The position numbers were made by a program, and so were the translations under genes. A stretch of 40,053 nucleotides of DNA from a virus, in IMG/VR virus record IMGVR_UViG_3300026472_000012, positions 1 through 40,053 of that record. One strand, written 5' to 3'. Position 1 is the first letter of the stretch, and the number at the start of each line of letters is the position of its first letter. This document shows, one piece after another, positions 34,228 through 40,053 of this stretch. Below the pieces are notes generated by a model. It saw only the letters and a list, made by a program, of their open reading frames with translations, was not told the DNA's origin and did not search any database.

Positions 34228-34577
34228 AAAGACTCCTGTAGCGTTGTTTCGCCATAAACCGTATTGATTGTGGTTTGAATATTTAGCTTTCGAGTGTTTG
34301 GATCAAATTGCGTGTAAAAGTCAGTTATTTCGGTTACGCCAAACGTACCTAAAATTCGCTGTTTAATGACCTGTTCATACAATAGGCTTGTGCCGCGACC
34401 AAGTACTTGATCTAGCCAATCCGTACCATCTTCAACATTCAAAAACCATTCATTCACCCAAAGCTTTAAGCGTGTTAATACAGCCTGACCAACACCTGCA
34501 GGTGTGTTCTGGTGAAAATTTGCTTGGCTATTCCCAAATGAGTAGTCGCCTATTTCGTCTAGTTTTCTATAGCGCAT
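34224..34577 (-). CDS. Baseplate wedge initiator (W/gp25-position protein)
   Basis: 117-aa ORF coupled to the J-like gene. Confidence 0.45.
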   Translation of the reverse strand: MRYRKLDEIGDYSFGNSQANFHQNTPAGVGQAVLTRLKLWVNEWFLNVEDGTDWLDQVLGRGTSLLYEQVIKQRILGTFGVTEITDFYTQFDPNTRKLNIQTTINTVYGETTLQESL

Positions 34578-34601
34578 AAAAAAACCACGCTTTCACGTGG
34601 T
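34578..34601 (-). terminator. Intra-operon terminator-like hairpin between the spike and wedge genes
   Basis: Minus strand: ACCACG-TGAAAG-CGTGGT followed by TTTTTTT. Confidence 0.6.
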
Positions 34602-34617
34602 CTCCTGTATCTGAGGG

Positions 34618-35298
34618 CTAGGGTTTAGGTGTTCCTGAATTATCTGTTCCAGTTCGTACACCAATATGGATATGACCAAATAAACTAACCGTATTAGCAA
34701 TCACATCTTTTAAAGATCTAATAAGTCCTGTCACGGTCAGACTCTTTGTGATTTCCAGTTCCGCATCGATGGTGACTTTTGAAGCTTTAATTTTGATCTC
34801 TTTGGTAGACGGATTTAACTCAATAAAAGAATCACCATCATCTGTGCGAATCTGTAAAGCGTCAGTTGAAATATTTTGAACCCGGTTAGGTTGTGATTGA
34901 GGCGCAAAAAATGCAAAGGCATCAGATAAGTCATGTTTACGGTTATCAAATGGTGGTTGCACACCTCCATTCTGCCACCACACATCAATACAGCGATCAG
35001 CAAATACTACAAAACATTCATCCCCTTTTTTAATTGGGTGTGTAATTGTACAACCGCCACCTCTAGTGAACATTACAGGTACATCTTGAAGGATTGGTAT
35101 TTCTTCCATCGAAATTGTACCGTCTTGTTTACGCATGGGTATTTTGATTGCAGGATAAGCGGTGATAGTGACTTTATCAGAGTCATAGCTTTCAACAATA
35201 CAAGGTGTTGCTACCCAAAAACCTGCTTTGAGTGCACTTAACATGTCTTGAAATGTTTTAGTTGGATTGTTTACCAACTGATTAACATCATACGGCAT
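34618..35298 (-). CDS. Baseplate central spike (gp138-N / Mu gp45 / P2 V-like)
   Basis: ATG 35298 lies 6 nt after GGAG. The OB-fold-like segment VTITAYPAIK...VPVMFTRGGGCTITHPIKKGDECFVVFADRCID is present. Confidence 0.65.
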   Translation of the reverse strand: MPYDVNQLVNNPTKTFQDMLSALKAGFWVATPCIVESYDSDKVTITAYPAIKIPMRKQDGTISMEEIPILQDVPVMFTRGGGCTITHPIKKGDECFVVFADRCIDVWWQNGGVQPPFDNRKHDLSDAFAFFAPQSQPNRVQNISTDALQIRTDDGDSFIELNPSTKEIKIKASKVTIDAELEITKSLTVTGLIRSLKDVIANTVSLFGHIHIGVRTGTDNSGTPKP

Positions 35299-36238
35299 TC
35301 TGTACTCCATGAATTGCAACGCCTGTTACGGCTTGAGTTGCACCAACACCTAAAGCAACAATGCTTGTTTGCCATATATCACCACGTGTGTCGCCTGCAT
35401 GAGATACCCCAACTACCTTGTAGTATCCATCAGCACCAAATGCTTGTTTAAAGTCCTTATCAACTTCTTGCTGACCGTAACCAGTATCATAGTTTTGAGT
35501 TTGAACTAAACTTTCCTTTATTTGGATTTGATCTCCAACTTTTATCTTTGGATTCAAAAGACATTCAGCGGATAACCCACTTGCAGTAAGTTGAGGCATA
35601 CCTGTTAATCCATTCGCTGTACTGAGTACATAAGCTTTTGCAGCGGGTGGTTGCTTTCGGTTAATAAGCGTAATCGCTCCATTGCTGTCATATGCTAAGT
35701 CTTGATTATTATTGTCGGCATACTCTTTCATATAATCTACAGTAGCACCACAGTAGGTTTTTCCACGAGGTGCTTTTGCTTCATTGACAGCAGGTGCTAA
35801 GTAACCACACTGAGCTCCATTGGCTTTAAATGATTCAAAAATTGCCTGTTTTTCATGTTCAAGATCTCTTCCAGCAGCAAGTGTTCCCTTAAGAACAGCA
35901 AAGTTATGGTGAACATCTGCATTTTGAGCAACAATACATAAATAAGTATCTGTTGGTGATTCACGGCCACGGCGAAACTGGAAAACCTGCCCTTGGAAAA
36001 TTAAACCCAAATTTCCTTCATAGCCTGCATATAATGCAATATCTTGGCCTTCACCCTTGAACTTATTCATTGTCTCGGTAGAGAGGTTATAAATTAGAAC
36101 TTCTGTGATTGCAGGCTGAGCATCTAAAGCCTGCCTTACTTCAAAAGCTATACGCATATTAGAAAAATCTAATGCTTCCGAACTACCTTTTTCCAAACCA
36201 ACAATAAGTTGACTAGCACGATTCCAATTCTCACTCAT
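35288..36238 (-). CDS. Baseplate hub protein (gpD/gp27/Mu gp44-like)
   Basis: ATG 36238 in an ATGA overlap. Contains RIAFEVRQ...AITEVLIYNLS...IALYAGYEGNLGLIFQGQVF, typical of hub proteins. Confidence 0.6.
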   Translation of the reverse strand: MSENWNRASQLIVGLEKGSSEALDFSNMRIAFEVRQALDAQPAITEVLIYNLSTETMNKFKGEGQDIALYAGYEGNLGLIFQGQVFQFRRGRESPTDTYLCIVAQNADVHHNFAVLKGTLAAGRDLEHEKQAIFESFKANGAQCGYLAPAVNEAKAPRGKTYCGATVDYMKEYADNNNQDLAYDSNGAITLINRKQPPAAKAYVLSTANGLTGMPQLTASGLSAECLLNPKIKVGDQIQIKESLVQTQNYDTGYGQQEVDKDFKQAFGADGYYKVVGVSHAGDTRGDIWQTSIVALGVGATQAVTGVAIHGVQNAV

Positions 36239-36531
36239 AACTCCACCCAATAAAGTTTAAGCGTATCTCCTACACTTTTATAATCAGGATTCTCTAAACC
36301 GTCGTTATAAACCCAAAGCTCTCCCTTGATTATGTGTTGATATTGCTTGAGAAGATTTACACCTGTCACAAAAGCAATCCCACTTATCAAGGGATTTAAA
36401 TCAACATCAGAGATATCTAAAAACCAACCTACAGGATCTCGCCAAATCAATCGAAACTGATAATTTGTACTATTCAATACCGTATAAAATTTTTGAGAGC
36501 CGTTCTTTAAATCAATTTCGAATGTTGTCAT
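36235..36531 (-). CDS. Small tail/baseplate protein
   Basis: 98-aa ORF coupled on both sides within the baseplate module. Confidence 0.45.
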   Translation of the reverse strand: MTTFEIDLKNGSQKFYTVLNSTNYQFRLIWRDPVGWFLDISDVDLNPLISGIAFVTGVNLLKQYQHIIKGELWVYNDGLENPDYKSVGDTLKLYWVEL

Positions 36532-37161
36532 TTATGCCACCCATACATCCCTTATTTTATTTAAAAATGATTCATCTTTCTTAAGCTCTGGTTGCACAGT
36601 CCCTGCATCATGCAAAGGTGCTGTTTTTTCCGGTTCTTTCTGCTGCTCAATCATTAGATTAGTTTCTAAGGTATTTGTGATGATGACCTTTTTTAAAGTC
36701 ATCGTAACTAACAAGGCATTTTCAGATTCTAAGTCTGTAGTTACTTTTAGCGACTTGATTAGCATGTCTGTGTAAAGTCGCTTACCTGTCATGATGACTA
36801 ATCGAATTGCTTTTCTTTGCAATGCTTGTAAAGCTTCGTAAACTCCAATAAGTGACGGAGTACCAGCAATAAAACTATTCCCAAGCAAACCATTTAAACG
36901 CCCCGCACTTTCAGACCAACCTAATTTAATAGTCACTTCTGGTGGATTCATATAAGCGTGATCTGAAATTGGTGAGCCTATTTCTACTGGATGCTCAGTA
37001 ATATTGAGTTCATCACTATGTTGTTCTTCAATCGTTACATCAGCAAATAAGCCCATGATCGTGCGTTTCTTTGCAAACAAAAGCGAACCTGTTGTTTGAA
37101 TTTCACTGTTATATTGGCTTGCTTGAGTGAGTGCAGATTGGACAATTGATGGTAGTGCCAT
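36532..37161 (-). CDS. Tail/baseplate protein in the Mu gp43 (DNA-circulation-N-like) position
   Basis: Start trimmed to ATG 37161 (MALPSIVQSAL). The track N-terminal extension would run through a terminator hairpin. Contains the ITEHPVEIGSPISDHAY motif. Confidence 0.5.
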   Translation of the reverse strand: MALPSIVQSALTQASQYNSEIQTTGSLLFAKKRTIMGLFADVTIEEQHSDELNITEHPVEIGSPISDHAYMNPPEVTIKLGWSESAGRLNGLLGNSFIAGTPSLIGVYEALQALQRKAIRLVIMTGKRLYTDMLIKSLKVTTDLESENALLVTMTLKKVIITNTLETNLMIEQQKEPEKTAPLHDAGTVQPELKKDESFLNKIRDVWVA

Positions 37162-37177
37162 ACTTTTCTCCAGGTAA

Positions 37178-37199
37178 TAAAAAACCCACCGAAGTGGGC
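37178..37199 (-). terminator. Intrinsic terminator after the DUF4282-like membrane gene
   Basis: Minus strand: CCCAC-TTCG-GTGGG followed by TTTTTTATT. Confidence 0.7.
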
Positions 37200-37249
37200 T
37201 TGTGGGCTGTATGAGTGATATGAAAATCAAGGCTACTAGGGTGCTTTTC

Positions 37250-37555
37250 TCATAATGGACTGTTGTTATTTCTAGCCTTATCTAAAAGTTCAGCAGTACG
37301 TCGTGTATTTTGTTGAATTTTAAAAATTACTACCCAAAATTCAGCCCACATACGCACAATCAATGTTCCTACAAAAATTACTAAAACAGCAACAAGACAT
37401 CTACCTAAATCATTTATTTCATGTAGAAACGGAATATTTACAGCATTAATCGCGATTGATAGTCCCAAAAAAACAACAATAGCTAGCATTATCCAATAAA
37501 TAAAAGTAATGATTTTTGTTGATAACACAGCATCTAAAAAGAATAAATTTTTCAT
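37250..37555 (-). CDS. Small multi-pass membrane protein (DUF4282-like, tentative)
   Basis: 101 aa with two long hydrophobic segments and RMWAEFWVVIFKI. Confidence 0.55.
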   Translation of the reverse strand: MKNLFFLDAVLSTKIITFIYWIMLAIVVFLGLSIAINAVNIPFLHEINDLGRCLVAVLVIFVGTLIVRMWAEFWVVIFKIQQNTRRTAELLDKARNNNSPL

Positions 37556-37621
37556 ACGTCTTCCACGAGTATTGATTTATTATGTATACAAAATATACGC
37601 TTCAATATTATGGAAATCTAA

Positions 37622-37975
37622 ATGAAAAAACTACTTCTAATTGCTTGCTGTACGTTTAGTGTTGGGGCGTGGGCTGATTGCGCTAATTTACAAGGTGAAA
37701 AATATTCAAAATGCCTTAATACCGAATTAGATAACAGTCAAAAACTTCTCAAAAACACTCTTAATAGTATTTTTGATTCACTCCCTGAACGATCTAAAAA
37801 TGATTTTAAAGACTCTCAACAAACTTGGTTAAAATATCGAGAGTCAGAATGTCGATATCAATTAGGCTTAAATTCTACTGGTTCTGACTTTGCTACAGAT
37901 GCTACAATTTATGACACTCAATGTAAACTTGAGTTGAATAAACAAAGAATAAAAACACTAAGTGATAACAATTAA
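37622..37975 (+). CDS. Secreted DUF1311/LprI-like (lysozyme-inhibitor family) protein
   Basis: Signal peptide MKKLLLIACCTFSVGAWA. The mature part has C...C, QQTWLKYRESEC and a C...R spacing typical of DUF1311. Confidence 0.6.
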   Translation: MKKLLLIACCTFSVGAWADCANLQGEKYSKCLNTELDNSQKLLKNTLNSIFDSLPERSKNDFKDSQQTWLKYRESECRYQLGLNSTGSDFATDATIYDTQCKLELNKQRIKTLSDNN

Positions 37976-38022
37976 CCATATATTCCTTTTGAATTTCTAG
38001 TCATTTGCAGATTAACCACGTC
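37972..38022 (-). repeat. Diverged remnant copy 3 of the tape-measure 3' end
   Basis: The minus strand reads ...AATCTGCAAATGACTAGAAATTCAAAAGGAATATATGGTTAA (NLQMTRNSKGIYG*). The real end reads NLQMTRNSKGLWG*. Confidence 0.8.
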
Positions 38023-38403
38023 TTATTTTAATATTGTATAAGTAATATCTTCATTCGGTTGATTTCCCCATCCTGTCCAAATTTCTGTAAGTACAACTTT
38101 ATTTCCTTTCAAAGATTTAACTTTTGAAATAAAAACTCTAGGTGGACTAGTCTCATTTGGTTGATTACTTTCAACTAACATAAAAGTATCATCACTTATC
38201 CATTTAACTCTTGCAGGAAGATCAAGTGAACATTTTGATAGTGGTTGTTCACCCATTAATCCTGAACTCTTAGACAAAGAAATACCAGCGCATGTAGCTC
38301 CATCTATACGCAAAGTTTTTCCTGTAAGTAAGTTTTTATAATCAACTGCATTAGCCACACAACTTAAAAACATTCCCAAGCTAATTAAAATTAGTTTTTT
38401 CAT
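38023..38403 (-). CDS. Secreted protein, unknown function
   Basis: Start ATG 38403 gives MKKLILISLGMFLSCVANA, a signal peptide. The track N-terminal extension is the out-of-frame remnant of the tape-measure 3' end. Confidence 0.6.
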   Translation of the reverse strand: MKKLILISLGMFLSCVANAVDYKNLLTGKTLRIDGATCAGISLSKSSGLMGEQPLSKCSLDLPARVKWISDDTFMLVESNQPNETSPPRVFISKVKSLKGNKVVLTEIWTGWGNQPNEDITYTILK

Positions 38404-38465
38404 GTAAAAATTCCCACTGAATTTCGAGTCATTTGTAAATTCACAGCATCTTGCTCTTTTCGTAC
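38400..38465 (-). repeat. Diverged remnant copy 2 of the tape-measure 3' end
   Basis: The minus strand reads GTACGAAAAGAGCAAGATGCTGTGAATTTACAAATGACTCGAAATTCA... (VRKEQDAVNLQMTRNS), matching the real tape-measure tail at 38942..39007. Confidence 0.85.
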
Positions 38466-38504
38466 AAAAACATATCATAGAGTCATTCTAAAAAGGATTC
38501 CAAA

Positions 38505-38945
38505 ATGAAAAAACTTCTTCTAATTGCTTGCTGTACTTTAAGTATTGGGGCTTGGGCAGAGACAGTAAATAATCAATTTAAAATTACTCCCCCTTTTGGT
38601 AAAACATCATTGGGTAGATGTCATATGGACACATGTTCATGGGGTAAAGTTCTTAATAAAAAAATAATTACTTCTTCTAAAACATCTCTGAATGTTGAAG
38701 CCACCATCTTAGGAGGAGAATCACCAATGTCTAAATCAAGTAAAGTGAAATGGAATAAAACGCCACATAAAGTAATCGCCGTTTGTTCTAAAGAGAATCC
38801 AAGTGTCATCATTGATGATCAGGTAACACAACTAGATGTTAAAGACTTTCCTGCTGTTGAGGAAAGTGATGTAAATGTCTATTTTCTAATCTGTCATGAT
38901 TATATAAATGGGGCATATGATGGGGCAAAAAAATTCAAATATTAA
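38505..38945 (+). CDS. Secreted protein, unknown function
   Basis: Signal peptide MKKLLLIACCTLSIGAWA is nearly identical, at the DNA level too, to that of 37622..37975. The mature part is unrelated. Its stop overlaps the tape-measure stop at TTAA. Confidence 0.65.
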   Translation: MKKLLLIACCTLSIGAWAETVNNQFKITPPFGKTSLGRCHMDTCSWGKVLNKKIITSSKTSLNVEATILGGESPMSKSSKVKWNKTPHKVIAVCSKENPSVIIDDQVTQLDVKDFPAVEESDVNVYFLICHDYINGAYDGAKKFKY

Positions 38946-40053
38946 CCCCATAATCCCTTAGAATTTCTAGTCATTTGTAGGTTTACTGCATCTTGCTCTT
39001 TTCGTACTGCTTTTGCGGTCATCATAGCATCACCACCAGTGACATGAATATCAGTTTTTTGATTGATATTCACGTTTCTGTTTGACGACTGTGTATTAGA
39101 AATATTTGGAATAACTGGATTTATATTGTTCGGCACTTCGGCATTTTGGGCAAATTTTGCAATAGAACCTCTATTAATTTCAACATTAGAAATTGCTTTT
39201 TTGCTTAAATCATTTTCAAGAGCATTCAGATTATTTCGTCTACGTTGATCATGTGGTTGCCAATCAAATTTAATTCGAGTGCCATTAGGTCCTTTAATTG
39301 TTTCTTGGCCATAGGCCCATCCGACGTATATTTTACCCAACTCAGCAGCGAATGTTTCGGGATCAAAATTTGGATTGTTCCAAAATTTAGGTAATTTTGA
39401 AGCATATTTATCATCTTTCATTTCTGATACAGCAAACTCAGCCATAGCATTTAGTGCTGCTTGCCCTTGAACAATTTTACCTTTTTCATCAAGTAATCCT
39501 TTTTGCTGTAAATAATTCTTTAATTTTGTAGCTCTTTCTCTATTCCATGATAAAAAACCCATATTGGAGATAGAATTACCTTTCCCATCTTTGGCTGCAT
39601 CTGTATGGAATCCAAACATAGTCTTTGCATTGTATTCATTTTCACGTCCTACTTCTGCTGTAATTGCTAATGCTTGATTTTTTGAAAGTCCTGCATTTAA
39701 GAACGCTTCATAGACCATCATTCGATTATCAGACTTGTTACCTAGTTTTAAACTGCTGTTTGCCTGAACCTTTTCTTGCACATCCCCCGCTACAGCATTT
39801 GCCATTCCAACAATTCTATTCACTCCAGCTAAAGCCGTTTGTTGAAGAGTTTGGGTTGATTGTTGCTTAGTATTACCTGTACTGGCTTTTTCAGCATCAA
39901 GTGCTGCTTGAGCTTCTTTATTACCAATAAAAGCTAGACCCTTAGCGACAGTGCGACCAAGCTTGATTCCTAAAGTTTCATCACCTATCTTTTTGCCTAA
40001 AATAAAGTCTGTGGCTTTTTGTTGTAGATCTTTTAGCGTATTACCAAGTTCTT
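38942..40053 (-). CDS. Tail tape measure protein, 3' part (with a lysozyme-like C-terminal domain, tentative)
   Basis: Same frame as 1..1170 across the junction (...LGRTVAKGLA|FIGNKEAQAALDAEK...). Track ORF 38942..39823 is only its internal tail. The joined gene is 2160 nt (719 aa). AITAEVGRENEYN...GFLSWNRERA resembles phage-tail-lysozyme-type domains. Confidence 0.8.
   Translation of the reverse strand, partial: ELGNTLKDLQQKATDFILGKKIGDETLGIKLGRTVAKGLAFIGNKEAQAALDAEKASTGNTKQQSTQTLQQTALAGVNRIVGMANAVAGDVQEKVQANSSLKLGNKSDNRMMVYEAFLNAGLSKNQALAITAEVGRENEYNAKTMFGFHTDAAKDGKGNSISNMGFLSWNRERATKLKNYLQQKGLLDEKGKIVQGQAALNAMAEFAVSEMKDDKYASKLPKFWNNPNFDPETFAAELGKIYVGWAYGQETIKGPNGTRIKFDWQPHDQRRRNNLNALENDLSKKAISNVEINRGSIAKFAQNAEVPNNINPVIPNISNTQSSNRNVNINQKTDIHVTGGDAMMTAKAVRKEQDAVNLQMTRNSKGLWG
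39932..40053. repeat. Terminal overlap copy 2 (identical to 1..122)
   Basis: Same 122-nt string as the window start. This indicates a circular molecule or circular assembly. Confidence 0.95.

Larger units (their letters stand above)
1..39931. mobile_element. Complete circularly permuted temperate phage genome unit (lambda-like regulation, contractile tail)
   Basis: Integrase, excisionase, CI/Cro, replication, Q, terminase, portal, capsid, sheath/tube, baseplate and lysis genes are all present. The window ends overlap by 122 identical bases. Confidence 0.85.

Noticed and set aside
36532-37230. Long N-terminal extensions of several track ORFs: 36532..37230, 38023..38478, 25053..25454, 10713..11675, 4358..4969, 4894..5325, 29527..29826, 21668..22447 and 24089..24466.
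   Set aside because: The extensions overlap upstream genes, run through terminator hairpins or start at non-ATG codons without an RBS. Internal starts with good RBS or ATGA/TAATG coupling were preferred.
37622-37650. Lipobox reading of MKKLLLIAC (L-I-A-C) in the two + strand secreted proteins.
   Set aside because: Cleavage before Cys9 would leave an 8-residue signal peptide, which is too short. The AWA-type signal peptidase I site after residue 18 is more plausible.

Overview
The window is one complete, circularly permuted temperate phage genome. Positions 1..122 are identical to 39932..40053, so the unit length is 39931 bp, and the junction falls inside the tape-measure gene. Regulation is lambda-like. 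A CI-type repressor on the + strand faces a Cro-like gene and an early-right operon on the - strand (RHH protein, O-like initiator with internal iterons, DnaC-like loader, RusA, lambda-type phosphatase, Q-type antiterminator). A second operator/promoter region drives a + strand early-left operon of small ORFs ending in an excisionase, next to a P4-type tyrosine integrase. The attP region contains a 23-nt tRNA/tmRNA 3'-end core. The late operon is entirely on the - strand and wraps through the window ends: TerS, TerL, portal, Mu-F-like protein, protease/scaffold, cement protein, major capsid, connectors, sheath, tube, frameshifted chaperone, tape measure, baseplate, two fibre modules, holin and endolysin. 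Composition, gene content and the att core suggest an AT-rich gammaproteobacterial host of the Acinetobacter type. That is inference only, because no search was possible. Family names below are my recollection of motifs and are not database hits. The accessory content worth a second look is: (1) a terminator-bounded ORFan cassette plus a lipoprotein gene in the rexAB-equivalent slot between cI and the OL-type operators; (2) two AT-rich paralogous genes with a shared N-terminal domain, each with its own terminator, inside the head module; (3) a GC-rich, structured, non-coding 334-bp gap between the portal and Mu-F genes with a + strand promoter and terminator, a candidate antisense sRNA; (4) a four-gene island of secreted and membrane proteins after the tape-measure gene, built around three diverged copies of the tape-measure 3' end; (5) a roughly 230-aa C-terminal extension on the portal protein.
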